Made by a program: the position numbers and the translations under genes. From an uncultured Acidobacteriota bacterium (GTDB taxonomy: Bacteria > Acidobacteriota > Thermoanaerobaculia > UBA5066 > Gp7-AA6), in assembly GCA_963739435.1 (NCBI GenBank), contig CAVUAN010000016.1:129309-193308 (forward strand): a stretch of 64,000 nt of DNA, read 5' to 3'. Within the stretch, counting starts at the first letter, position 1. The number at the start of each line of letters is the position of its first letter. Below, piece after piece: positions 49,891 to 63,066 of the stretch. The notes below the pieces were generated by a model, which worked only from the letters and a program-made list of their open reading frames with translations, did no database searches and was not told the origin of the DNA.

Positions 49891-51806
49891 TCAGCGCGCC
49901 ACCAGGAGGAGCCACGGCGTTCCCACGAGAAGCAGAACCAGAATATTGAAGGCCGTCGTGATCGTTCCGAGCCGGTAGAGCTCGCCCTGCGTCAGGTATC
50001 CGCTCCCGACGACGAGCACGTTCGCGCTCGAGGCCTGGGGCGTGATGGTCGACAAGTAGCTCGTCGAAAAGAGCAGGGCGAAACCGAGCACCGGCAGCGG
50101 AACGCCGAGCTGGGCGCCGACGCCGAGGAAGACGCCGAACAGGGCGAGGACGTGCGCCGTCTGGCTGACGAAGAGGTAGTGGAGCAGGACGTACGCCACG
50201 ACGAGGATGGCGTACGCCGCCACCCACGGGAGGCCGCCCAGGGACGCGCCGAGCCGCTGGCCGAGATAGCCCATGAAGCCGAGCGTATTCAACTGGCCGC
50301 TCAGGGTGTAGAGGATTGCGAACCATATGAAGGTCGCCAGCACGTCGCCCTGCTGTCCGATGTCCTTCAAGGTCAGGACGCCCGAGGCGAGGAGCACTCC
50401 GAGCCCCAGGAACGCCACCGCCGTCAAGTCGAGCTTCAGCGTCCCGGCGAGCCCCCACAGCACGACCATGACCACGAACGTGACGGCGACGATCTTCTCC
50501 TGGAGGCTCAGGGGACCCATCCTGGCGAGCGCCTTGCGCGCGGCGGCAGGCGCCTCGGGCGTGGCCTTCACCTCCGGCGGGAAGACCTTGTAGATCAAAA
50601 GCGGCAACAGAGCGAGCGAGAGCAGCGTCGGCACCAGCGAGGCGAGCATCCACGAGCCGAAGGAGATCTGAAAACCCATCGACTTTCCGATCTCGGCCCC
50701 GAGAGGGTTGCCCGCCATCGCGGTCAGCCAGAGCGCCGAGGACAGGGAAAGCGTCGCCATGCCGCAAAACATGAGGTAGGCCCCCATCTTCTTGCGCGTC
50801 GCCTCATCGGGCTTCGAGCCGCCCCCTTCCGCCAGAGACAAGACGAGCGGGTAGAGAACGCCCGAGCGAGCCGTGTCGCTCGGGAACGCGGGCGCGATCA
50901 CGGCGTCCAGAAGAAAAATGCTGTAGCCCAGACCCAGAGTCGAGCGCCCGAAGAGCTTGACCACCAGGTGGCCGAGGCGTTCTCCGAGACCGCACTTCAC
51001 GATAGCCCGAGCGACCAGGAAGGCGACGACGATCAACAGGATCGTTCCGTTCGCAAACCCCGCGTACGCCTTGGCGGGAGTCAGGACGCCGGAGAGAACC
51101 GAGATGCCAACGGCGAGAACCGACGCGGTCAGGATGGGAAAGGCGCCCATGATGACCGAGCCGATCGTCGCGGCAAAGATCGCAAAGAGATGCCAGGCCG
51201 GGGCGGTGAGCCCTTCGGGAACCGGCCAGAACCAGATGCCGACGCCGAGCGCGACGACGCCGAGGCGCGCGAGAAGGGTCTTCGTGCCGGGACTCATCGT
51301 CGAGGTCCCGGACCGGCGCGTGCGCCCCTCGATGCTCACGGCGCGCAGGTTGATCTCGCCGCTCTCCTCGTCCACGACGTACTGCCACGCGAAGGAAAAC
51401 GTGCCGTGCAGCCCCGCAAAGCGCCCGGTGCCGCCCGTGATCGTGGCGGTAGCCTTGCGGCCGGTTCCGATCGGCTCCGCCTTCATGGTGCAGAAGACCT
51501 TGTCACCGCGCTCGTCGGTCAAGACGGCACGGCCGGTGAGCAAATCCCCGCCGTCGTCGAAGCCGATCACCTCGGAGAGGAAGCCGCGCCCGAGCCCCTC
51601 GCCGCTCGTGATCGTCAGGGGTCCCGTCAGGTGAACGATCGAGGCGGGGCGGTCGCCCTCCGTCGGAAGAAGAACCCTCTGGCCCGAGAGCGTCCACGCC
51701 GCCATGAACGGGCGCCAGGCGTCGGGCGCCGGCTGCCCCGGCGCCGCGGGGACGAGCCCCAGCAGCGCCGAGGAGACGAGCGCAGCGCGAATTGGCGCCC
51801 GAAGGC

Positions 51807-51810
<4 letters not shown>
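49891..51810 (-). CDS. DASS-family (SLC13/CitT-like) di/tricarboxylate transporter, read in-frame with a 171-aa N-terminal signal-peptide/beta-domain segment
   Basis: 639-aa ORF. From Met172 (ATG 51297) the sequence is typical DASS: ...WFWPVPEGLTAPAWHLFAIFAATIGSVI..., SDTARSG and TPQASSAN hairpin motifs. Residues 1-171 form a signal peptide plus a beta-rich domain containing ITGGTGRFAGLHG. ATG 51810 overlaps the aspA stop (ATGA). Confidence 0.8.
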
Positions 51811-53221
<1,411 letters not shown>

Positions 53222-53225
<4 letters not shown>

Positions 53226-54488
53226 TGTCCACCTCCCAATTGGAACGAAAAGTTGTACTTGGCCGAGAATTGAACGCGGTAGTCGTCTACAGCGAAACCG
53301 TCGGAGAAGTTCTGCCTCCGGCCCCACTGGAACTCGAGGCCGGTCATGACGTTCTTGACCGGGTAGTAGAGAAGGTTCGTGCTGGCATACTGGCCGTTCT
53401 TGAAGGCCACAGGAGTCTGGCCGTCGCTGTTGGTGATATCGAGCCGCGAGTAGCCGATCGCGCTCGAGAACTTCTCGCTCCAGTTGAAGTCGTAGTACGC
53501 GACCATACCGAAGATCGGCAGCGCCTTGCCGACGACTGGCTGACGCGGATGGCCCGGATTCCTCTGGGTGCCGACGTCGACAGGCGCATCGTTCATGTAG
53601 TTCTCGATGCCGTCGCCATACGTGGCCTCGAGCCGCACATTACCCGTCTTGCCGACCTTGATCACGGAGCTCGCGTTGAAACCCCAGCCGATCGCGTGCC
53701 CCGAAAGGTTGAACTGGTCCTCGAGCGTGTCGGTCCAGCCGATGTAGCGCACAATCCCGGCGAGCTGGACGTGCCCCCAGCAGTCCCGCCCGTAGCGGTA
53801 CGACGCCGTGAGGTCCGGATACGGGAAGTGGCCCTTGATGTTCTGCAGCTCGATGCGGTCGGAGTACTTCCCGCTGTCGCCGCTGGCGCCCGGCCGCTCC
53901 AGGGCGATCATGAGGCGGTGTTCCCCATCGAAGGGAGTCCAGCGCAGCTGGACGTTGCGGAAGAAGACCATCCCGTTGGGGCCCCAGTACTCGTTCGTGT
54001 TCGGGAAGACGTCTCCGTCCATGAAGACGCTGTTCGTCTGGCCGGCGAGGAACTGTCCGAGCGAGCCCCAGGCCTGTCGCAGGCGGATCGTCGTCTGTCC
54101 GGCGTCCACCGCCGACGCCGAAGAGATCGAACTCGAACTCCGTCTTGACCTCTCCGAGGCTCGTCGGGAGCCAGCCCCGCACGCCGAAGCGGGTCTGGCG
54201 CACGCTGAACCAGGTGTTCCCGTTGTCGCCGAACTCGTTCGGAAAGGACGGCAGCTTCGTGGGGCGCTCGACGTCGAACCAGTCCGGATTCACCTGCTTG
54301 AAGTCGTAGATCGCGTCGACCATGGCGAAGCCGTAGATCTGCATCCGCGGCCCCGCCTTCTCCGGAGCGGCCGCCGGGTCGGAGGCGCCGGCCTGCGCGC
54401 GGCCGGTCGAGGCCAGCGCGAAGAACAGGACGAGACCGACGGCTATGGCGACATCGATTCCTCCTGAAGACCTTTTTGTACTGTTCAT
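53222..54488 (-). pseudogene. Porin-like outer-membrane beta-barrel (paralog of 42431-43686), one frameshift
   Basis: MNSTKRSSGGIDVAIAVGLVLFFALASTGRAQA...MQIYGFAMVDAIYD...EFEFDLFGVG, then a shift at ~54110 to VDAGQTTIRLRQAWGSLGQ...FSAKYNFSFQLGGGQ. Confidence 0.8.
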
Positions 54489-54621
54489 GGCAACTCCTCC
54501 TCGCGGACCGTTAGCCGAAACGTCTGGATTCTGATTCCTTAGGGCGGCCAGCCGCCTGATCCGTTTACATCTCCTGCCCGATGGCCGGATTTCGCCAATT
54601 GCGACTACGTCTCAAGGCTCT

Positions 54622-55272
54622 TCAGAAGTCGAGGCTGATCGAAAAAACAGTCGTCGGGTCCGTCCACCCGGCATTGAAGATGTACAGGGTGAACTTCCAG
54701 TTCTTGACCGTCCCGCCGACCAGGAATCCCCGCTGAATGTCGAGAGGAGTCTGGTAGGCCCTCGTCCGCTGGGACACCAGCCCCGCCCGGAGCCAGTCGA
54801 AGGGGGCGTAGGTCAATTCGTTCCAGCTGTAGAAATAGTTGTCGGCGCTGTTTCCCGTGTCGAAGAGGTACTCGCCCTCGCTGTATAGCTCGAGCTTCTT
54901 GTAGTCGAGCGTGAGGTGGTAGCCCGGAGCCACCCCGTTGGTCTTGCCGAAGACGCCGCCGACCATCGGCGTCAGCTCGAGAGTCAGGGTCTTGCCGAAC
55001 TGGAACGTCGCCCCGAACCAGAGGGACGCCGTGTGGGGAGCCTCGTAGTTGTAGCGGCCTTCCAGATGCAGCCAGCCGCGGTCCGCCGTGAGCGTCGGCT
55101 GGACGTAGTCGCTCTCGTGCGGCACGAAGTACGCGTACGCCGACCCGGAGAACTCCCACTTCGCAGCTTCCGGCTCGGCGGGCGCCGGGCTCCCGGTCCC
55201 CTGTTGCGCGGCTGCCGAAGCCGCCAGCAGAAGGATCAGCGCGCCGGAAATGCTGCGCCCGAGCCCTCTCAT
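54622..55272 (-). CDS. Small outer-membrane beta-barrel protein, unknown function
   Basis: 216 aa from the internal ATG at 55272: MRGLGRSISGALILLLAASAAAQQ, followed by alternating aromatic beta-strand pattern, ending ...TVFSISLDF. The ATG overlaps the upstream stop (ATGA). Confidence 0.6.
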   Translation of the reverse strand: MRGLGRSISGALILLLAASAAAQQGTGSPAPAEPEAAKWEFSGSAYAYFVPHESDYVQPTLTADRGWLHLEGRYNYEAPHTASLWFGATFQFGKTLTLELTPMVGGVFGKTNGVAPGYHLTLDYKKLELYSEGEYLFDTGNSADNYFYSWNELTYAPFDWLRAGLVSQRTRAYQTPLDIQRGFLVGGTVKNWKFTLYIFNAGWTDPTTVFSISLDF

Positions 55273-55931
55273 CCTCCGAGCGCGATCGTCAGGGAGACCA
55301 GCACCACTCCGATTAAAGCCATCGCCAGACCGAGCACGACGGGGCGCAGTCCGCTGTGGCGCCCCAGCAGGTAGCCGCTCGCAAAAAGCATCCCCACGGC
55401 GATGAAGTTCGACATCCGAGTCGCCCGCGCCGCGTCGGCCAGAAAGAGAAACGGCAGGACCACCGGAAACGTCGAGAGGAACACGATGAGGAACACGGCG
55501 ACGGCCCCGCGGAGGTCCCGTCGGGTCAGCGGCGGCCGGGCCGGCAGCTTCAGGGTCGCCAGCCGCTCGCGCATCAGGTCGAGGTCGGCGGGGCGGAGGA
55601 CCGAGGCCAGGATGGGAGGAAGGGCGTCCGCGATAAGGCCGCGGGCGTGCTCGTCCTCCCCCGGCTGTTGAACGGCCTTCAAGATGACGAGGCCGCGCCC
55701 CCGCGCGAGCAGGCCTCCGAGCAGGTACATCACGGCGTCCACGATCCCCCAGGCGGCGTTGCACCCGATCGCGCCGATCAACATCGTGCGGACTTCCTGA
55801 CGGCCGGCGGTGGCGACCGAGAGTGAGCCCGTGAACGTCAGGACCATGATCAGGCCGAAGACGATCTCGGAAAAGCGCTCCAGGGGGTCGAGGACGTGGC
55901 CGCTTCCCTGCTGCTCGACTGGCATGACCAT
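55269..55931 (-). CDS. VIT1/CCC1-family (vacuolar-iron-transporter-like) membrane protein
   Basis: 220 aa with five hydrophobic helices. N-terminal LDPLERFSEIVFGLIMVLTFTGSL and a central soluble loop. Family call rests on overall pattern only. Confidence 0.5.
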   Translation of the reverse strand: MVMPVEQQGSGHVLDPLERFSEIVFGLIMVLTFTGSLSVATAGRQEVRTMLIGAIGCNAAWGIVDAVMYLLGGLLARGRGLVILKAVQQPGEDEHARGLIADALPPILASVLRPADLDLMRERLATLKLPARPPLTRRDLRGAVAVFLIVFLSTFPVVLPFLFLADAARATRMSNFIAVGMLFASGYLLGRHSGLRPVVLGLAMALIGVVLVSLTIALGG

Positions 55932-55950
55932 CGGATTCTAGACCACCGAG

Positions 55951-56997
55951 TCAGTAGCCTTCACCCTCCGCGGCCGCCGCGGCCTTCCCCCGGTGCATGC
56001 GGTGGACGATGACGATGTAGAGCACCGCGAGCGGGAGGCCCACCGAGAACCAGCCGAGGGCCGTCTTCAAGCCCCCGGGGTCCCCCGCTGCATTGGCGGC
56101 CGTCAGGGAGAGAGCCTCGCCGCCGATCGACCGCAGCATCGTCGGAAAGACGCACGCCGCTGTGGCCGTCGAGAGGCCTGCCAGGAAGGCGCAGGACGCC
56201 AGGAACGGCGCGAGGTCCTTGCCTCGCGCGTACCCGGCGAAGACGGACACAAGGCCAGCCACCGCAACCAACGCCAGAATCCAGGCGAGCGGACGCGAGG
56301 CGAGCGAGGAGAGGAACCCCGGGTTGACCCGCACGGTCGCGAAAGTCACAACCGGCCAGAGCACGGCGACCGCGATGAAGGCGATGCGGCTGGCCCGGCG
56401 GCTGCGCTCCCGGACGGGACCGTCCGTCCTCCAGACGAGGAACGCCCCGCCGTGGCCGACGAGCGCGGCGAGCGCGAAGACGCCAACGAGAATCGTGTAC
56501 CAATCGAGGATCCCGACCGGATCCCGCGCCGAGAAGTCCGTGAAGAGCGGCAGTTCGAACCAGCCCTCGGCCGACAGCGGCACACCGCGCAACAGGTTGC
56601 CGAGCGCGGCGCCAAAGAACACGGGCAGAAGAACGCTGGCAAACCCGAAGAACACGTCCCACGAGCCGCGCCACACCCGGTCGTTCACGTGGCTGCGGAA
56701 CTCGATCGAGATGCCGCGCAGGATGAGGCACCAGAGCACGAGAAAGATGGCGAAGTAGAACCCGGAGATCCCGGAGGCGAGGACCTTCGGGAACCCGACG
56801 AAGAGCGCGCCGCCCGCGGCGAGCAGCCACACCTCGTTGCCGTCCCAGAACGGGCCGATGGCTGCCAGGACCTGGCGCCGCTCGGCATCCGACCGCGCGA
56901 CGAAGAGGTGAAGCGTGCCGGCGCCGAAGTCGTAGCCGTCGAAGACGACGTAGGCCGTGAGCATCAGGACTGCGATCGCGTACCAGACGTCAGGCAT
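55951..56997 (-). CDS. cydB: Cytochrome bd ubiquinol oxidase subunit II
   Basis: 348 aa: ...AYVVFDGYDFGAGTLHLF...IGPFWDGNEVWLLAAGGALF... The start overlaps the cydA end by 8 nt. Confidence 0.9.
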   Translation of the reverse strand: MPDVWYAIAVLMLTAYVVFDGYDFGAGTLHLFVARSDAERRQVLAAIGPFWDGNEVWLLAAGGALFVGFPKVLASGISGFYFAIFLVLWCLILRGISIEFRSHVNDRVWRGSWDVFFGFASVLLPVFFGAALGNLLRGVPLSAEGWFELPLFTDFSARDPVGILDWYTILVGVFALAALVGHGGAFLVWRTDGPVRERSRRASRIAFIAVAVLWPVVTFATVRVNPGFLSSLASRPLAWILALVAVAGLVSVFAGYARGKDLAPFLASCAFLAGLSTATAACVFPTMLRSIGGEALSLTAANAAGDPGGLKTALGWFSVGLPLAVLYIVIVHRMHRGKAAAAAEGEGY

Positions 56998-58325
56998 GCG
57001 CCACGCCCTCCCCCGGTCCGTGGCCGATCTCGCGGGCCATGAGGAACCCGAAGAGCACCGAGAGGACCGTGTAGAGGCCGCAGAAGCCGATGAGCGTGAA
57101 GAGCACCGTGCCCGAGTGCACAGTCGGGCTGGAGCCCTGCGCCGTCCGGAAGAGCCCGTAGACGAGCCACGGCTGCCGGCCGAGCTCCGCCGTCATCCAG
57201 CCCGCGGTCACCGCGATGTAGGGGAATGGGAACGAGAGCATGAGGACCCAGAGCATGGGCCAGGTCCTTTCGAGCCTTCCCGTCCACAGGAGCACCGCAG
57301 CCAGCCCCATGATGCCGATCAGGATCGTCCCCAGCCCCGCCATGATGTGGAAGGCGTAGTACAGGAGCTCGATCGTTGTCCGGCCAGTCCTTCTGAGGGA
57401 ACTCGTCGAGCCCCCGGACGTCGCTGTAGAAGTGGCCGTAGGCCAGGAACGAAAGCATGTCCGGCACGGCGATCGGGTTCTCGAGCCGGCGCTCCCGGAC
57501 GTTCGGCTGTCCGATGAGGTTGAGGGAAGCTCGCGAGCCGCTCTCGAAGCGCCCCTCCATCGCGGCCAGGGCGACGGGCTGGTGCTGCGCCACGAGCTTG
57601 GCCTGGCGATCCCCCGTCGGAAAGGCCACCAACACGCTCGACACGAGACCTGCCGTCACTCCCAGCCGGAGGAACAATCTTGCCGGCGCAACGTGCTTGC
57701 CCTGCAGGAGGTAGAACGAGCCGAGGGCCGCCACGACGAAGGAGGCCGTGACGACGGTCGATACCATGTTGTGGGCGTACTGCGCGACAGCCCAGGGGTT
57801 CAGCAGGAATCCCCAGAAGTCCGCAAGCACGAGATCCCCGTTGGGCCCGATCGCGTGGCCGGCCGGGTGCTGCATGAAGGCGTTGGTCGCGGTGATGAAG
57901 TAGCCCGAGAGCCAGCTTCCCGCAAAGAGAGCCGTTGCGGCCAGGAAGTGACCGACCCGCGAGAGGCGCTTCTCGCCCCACACGAGCAGCGACAGGAAGC
58001 TCGACTCGAGGAAGAACGCGAAGAGCCCCTCCATCGCGAGGGTGTGGCCGACGACATTGCCCGCGTAGCGGGAGAACCGCGCCCAGTTGGCTCCGAACTG
58101 GAACTCCATCGGGATCCCGGTCACGACACCCACGGCGAAGTTGATGCCGAAGATCCGGATCCAGAAACGCGCCGCGTCGTTCCATCTCTCGCCGCCCCGG
58201 CGCAGGCCGAGAGCCTTCATCACAAAGATGAGGAAGGCGAGGCCCATCGTCAGGACCGGGAAGAGGTAGTGGTAAACGATCGTGAAGGCGAACTGCAGCC
58301 GATGGAGAAAGACCGGATCTCCCAT
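56990..58325 (-). pseudogene. cydA: Cytochrome bd ubiquinol oxidase subunit I, one frameshift
   Basis: MGDPVFLHRLQFAFTIVYHYLFPVLTMGLAF...GIPMEFQFGANWARFS...EGLFAFFLESSFL...FPQKDWPDN, then a shift at ~57375 to IELLYYAFHIMAGLGTILIG...GWMTAELGRQPWLVYGLFRT... Confidence 0.85.
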
Positions 58326-58384
58326 CAGTTCCCTCCCACCCGGGTCACAGGCCGGATTCTAAGGTCTCCAGATCGAGTGCTGCT

Positions 58385-58807
58385 TCAGATATCGAGCAAA
58401 TCGAGGAACGCCCGTGGAGTCAGGATGCGGACGCCTTCATGCTCTGCCAGGACAAGCAGCTGACTGTCCCCCGTTACTACGAAAGCAGCGTTTCCTTCGA
58501 TCGCCGCTGCGATGTACTTGTCGTCGTCAGGATCCTCGCACAAGCCGGGCAACACCAGCTCTCCAGCGACGAGGTCCGCTAGCAGGAGGATGTCTTCGAA
58601 CCATAGCTCGGGACGCAAGTCTCCGCGGATCAGTTTTCGCACTTTGGGGTAGGTGAGAGCGCGCAGAACCTCTTCCACGATGGAAGGCGATAGAACGATC
58701 TCGAAGACAGCCTTTCGAAGAAAGCTCTCGACGATGCGGCCGGGCGTACCGCCGGAATGGAGCGCGGCGCTGACGTAGACGTTGGCGTCGAGAACGGCGC
58801 GGCGCAC
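58385..58807 (-). CDS. PIN-domain toxin (type II TA, VapC-like)
   Basis: 140 aa: AVLDANVYVSAAL...DDDKYIAAAIEGNAAFVVTGDSQLL, carrying the acidic PIN residues. Lies 3 nt downstream of the antitoxin gene. Confidence 0.75.
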   Translation of the reverse strand: MRRAVLDANVYVSAALHSGGTPGRIVESFLRKAVFEIVLSPSIVEEVLRALTYPKVRKLIRGDLRPELWFEDILLLADLVAGELVLPGLCEDPDDDKYIAAAIEGNAAFVVTGDSQLLVLAEHEGVRILTPRAFLDLLDI

Positions 58808-58810
58808 GGA

Positions 58811-59110
58811 TCAGCCGGCCTGGCGCCGCGGCCTCCGAATCCGTTTACGCGCCCAGCGCTGTGCCTCGAGCGCGAGATCCATAGCCTTCTGGTCGGTCAG
58901 GCGGCTACCCTTCTGGTCTTCGAGAAAGTCGAGCGCCTGCCGCCGCGCGAAGCGGCGCATCTGCTCCAGCCGCCCGACCGGCACCAGTGCAGCCAGGGCC
59001 TTGCCTTTTCGCTCAATGATGAACTCGTCGTTTCGGAGAGCGATGCGGTTGAGCATGTCGCCGATTCGCTGCCGCACGTCGATTGTGGAAACCTTTGCCC
59101 TCATCACCAT
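58811..59110 (-). CDS. Phd/YefM-type antitoxin
   Basis: 99 aa: VSTIDVRQRIGDMLNRIALRNDEFIIERKGKALAALVPVGRLEQM, followed by a basic C-terminal tail. Confidence 0.65.
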   Translation of the reverse strand: MVMRAKVSTIDVRQRIGDMLNRIALRNDEFIIERKGKALAALVPVGRLEQMRRFARRQALDFLEDQKGSRLTDQKAMDLALEAQRWARKRIRRPRRQAG

Positions 59111-59158
59111 GCCCTCGCAACCATTCTAGTTGCACCGGATACGAAAGTCCAACGGCTC

Positions 59159-60427
59159 TCAGAGCTGGAACTGCAGGCGGAGCTGGTAGAACCTGGTCCG
59201 GCCCTCGAGGCCTGATTTGTCGAGGCGCCCGTAGCCGTAGTTGAACTCGAGGCGCCACTGGCTTGTCGGATACCAGGAGAGGGCGGCACTGATTCGGTCG
59301 AATTTGCCGCCCTCAATCGTGCCGCTCGTCAGATCGATGTTCGAGTAACGGGCGGACAGCTCCCAGGCGCCGAGGCCGCCATGCTTGAACGAGAAGGGCC
59401 TGGCGGGGCTGATCATCCCGAATGTGCCGGACGCGTGGCTGTACGGGCGAGTCTCGCCCGTGAGGGCCCAGGACGCCATCGCGTAGTAGCCGCCGAAATG
59501 GGGATTGCCCGTCTGAGGGGAAGAGACGTTGGTCGTCGTGTACTCGCCGGAGACCGTGACCGGGCCTTGGACTGCGGCAAGCTCCGCGGCGATCGATGTC
59601 GCGTGGTTTGCCGCGAAGGAGCCGGTGTCGACGAAGTCCGGAGCCTCGTAGACTTCCGGAACGCTCTTCGACTTGAAGCTCCCGTTCTGCGCCCCCCTGT
59701 AGACGGCCGATAGTCCCAGGTGGAGAAGCCTGCGCCCCCCATCCGACTCGACCGGAAGGCCGCTCACCCGGCCGGCGAAAAGGTTGCCGCTCTGGCTGAA
59801 CGTCTGCCCGTCGCTCAGCCAGTTGTTGAACCACCCCGCCGACCACGTCATGCGCCCGGCGGCGATCGAGTTCCAGAACCGAACGCCCGCGATGTGCGAC
59901 TCGACGAAGGTGGTGGCGGTCGTCATCACGGAGTGTTCCATGAACGGGATGTCCCGGGCGTTCTCGATCATCTCCAGGCCGACGCCCTCTTTCTGCTTGC
60001 CGATCGTCACCTTCGCGAGCTCGCCCAGAGGTATCGACACGTTGAGGTTGACGAGAGTCCAGCCCTGCGTGTCGGTCGGGTCGAGGCCCTTGTAGTTGGC
60101 CGAGACCTCGTAGTCCCACGGATGCGAGAACTTGATCTGCCCTGTCAGCGCCAGATCGTCGAGTCGGAACAGCCCCTCCGAGGACAGTTGGCCAACCTGC
60201 TGCTTGCTCGCCGCATCCTGCGAATAAAAAGCGCCGTCCTCGAGAGCCGCGAAGCCGAGTCGCACCGAAATCCAGGAGGTTTCGAGCTCGTTCCAGGGAT
60301 GGCGCGCCGCGGTGAGTGTCGGGGGAGGCGCCTCCTGAGCGAAGCCGCCGACGGACAGGCCAAACCCGAGCGCGAGGGCGGGAAAGATGCCCTTCAGAAC
60401 TGGCCGATTTTCGAAACCGCTGCGCAC
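59159..60427 (-). CDS. Phosphate-selective porin O/P (OprO/OprP) family
   Basis: 422 aa with a signal peptide, ending ...FYQLRLQFQL. Carries WxxR/K-rich barrel motifs typical of the porin O_P family. Confidence 0.7.
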   Translation of the reverse strand: MRSGFENRPVLKGIFPALALGFGLSVGGFAQEAPPPTLTAARHPWNELETSWISVRLGFAALEDGAFYSQDAASKQQVGQLSSEGLFRLDDLALTGQIKFSHPWDYEVSANYKGLDPTDTQGWTLVNLNVSIPLGELAKVTIGKQKEGVGLEMIENARDIPFMEHSVMTTATTFVESHIAGVRFWNSIAAGRMTWSAGWFNNWLSDGQTFSQSGNLFAGRVSGLPVESDGGRRLLHLGLSAVYRGAQNGSFKSKSVPEVYEAPDFVDTGSFAANHATSIAAELAAVQGPVTVSGEYTTTNVSSPQTGNPHFGGYYAMASWALTGETRPYSHASGTFGMISPARPFSFKHGGLGAWELSARYSNIDLTSGTIEGGKFDRISAALSWYPTSQWRLEFNYGYGRLDKSGLEGRTRFYQLRLQFQL

Positions 60428-60437
60428 GATAGAGAAG

Positions 60438-60463
60438 GCGGGCGGCCCTTGCGAGCCGCCCGC
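60438..60463 (-). terminator. Hairpin 13 nt downstream of the arylsulfatase stop
   Basis: gcgggcggc-ccttgcga-gccgcccgc: a 9-bp stem. On the minus strand it is followed by CTTCTCT. Confidence 0.45.
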
Positions 60464-60475
60464 TGAGAAGTTTGC

Positions 60476-62104
<1,629 letters not shown>

Positions 62105-62179
62105 CTGTCCCCCTTTCCGCGAAAGAAAACTGGACGATTCGGAAATGACCCGGTTGCGCGCTCGAGAACGAAAACTGCG

Positions 62180-63028
62180 CTAGAACGCCAACGCGAGATA
62201 GGCCATCGGCCCGCTGTACTTGAAACCTAATTTGGCCTGCTGGGCCACGTTGCGCGTCAGGTTGAAGTTGTCGTAGTAGTAGGTCACGCCCAGCCCCACG
62301 TTCTTCGTGAAGAAGTAGTTGAGCCCGGCGACCACCTCGACCTGGTCGGCGCTGTAGTCGGAGACCGTGACCTTTGGAAGGCCTCGCGCGCTGACCTTGA
62401 GGGTGAGCTGAGGCATCAGAGCCACCTCGACGTAGGCGCCCAATGACGGAAGGGGCACGAGGACGTTCTTCTGCTCGTGCTGCTCTCCCACTCCGGCAAG
62501 AGTGGCCTGCAGGTCAACCGAATAGTACCCGCCGATGACACCGAGCATCAGGCCGAGATCGACCGTCGAGGAATGGACGAAGGAGTAACCGTAGTAGAGG
62601 TCGGCGATGTGGGCCTTGTTGTGGATGTCGACGCTCGCGTTGATCGGGAACGTGTGGTCCCCCCACTCGATTTCCCTGGTGATCGTGTGCGTCGCGTTCC
62701 GGCTCCACCCCCGGTAACCGAACACCAGACGGCCGTGCGGCCCGAAGGCCCAGGACCCGTCGAGCAGTATCGTCGTCTGGTTGCCGAGTCCCAGCTCTTT
62801 TTCGAGGCTGATGTCGGTCCCCTCGCCGCCGTCCTTGGGACCGAGGCTGACCGTGGTAGTGAACTTCTGAAAGAAGCCGCCGAGGTTCAACCGGAAGCGC
62901 TCGTCGAGTATGCCCGGATCCGATTGAGCAACAGCCACGCCAGCGACCAGGAAAAGACCGACCGCAGAAATAGGCCGAATCCACGAAGGTATCCCCACCT
63001 TGACCCTCCTCTTGATGTCAGGGCGCAC
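62180..63028 (-). CDS. Outer-membrane beta-barrel protein (paralog of the truncated gene at 1-509)
   Basis: 282 aa with a signal peptide ...VAGVAVAQS. FRLNLGGFF, GYRGWSR, and a C-terminal ...YLALAF. Confidence 0.65.
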   Translation of the reverse strand: MRPDIKRRVKVGIPSWIRPISAVGLFLVAGVAVAQSDPGILDERFRLNLGGFFQKFTTTVSLGPKDGGEGTDISLEKELGLGNQTTILLDGSWAFGPHGRLVFGYRGWSRNATHTITREIEWGDHTFPINASVDIHNKAHIADLYYGYSFVHSSTVDLGLMLGVIGGYYSVDLQATLAGVGEQHEQKNVLVPLPSLGAYVEVALMPQLTLKVSARGLPKVTVSDYSADQVEVVAGLNYFFTKNVGLGVTYYYDNFNLTRNVAQQAKLGFKYSGPMAYLALAF

Positions 63029-63066
63029 CCATGTCGGGGCGCCACCTTTTCAGACCGGCCAGCCTA

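Noticed and set aside
54542-54556. Palindrome gggcggc-ca-gccgcc in the 133-nt spacer upstream of the porin/aspA cluster, as a terminator or operator
   Set aside because: The stem is only 6 bp with a 2-nt loop, which is sterically poor for a hairpin. No second copy or partner half-site was found. It is left unannotated.
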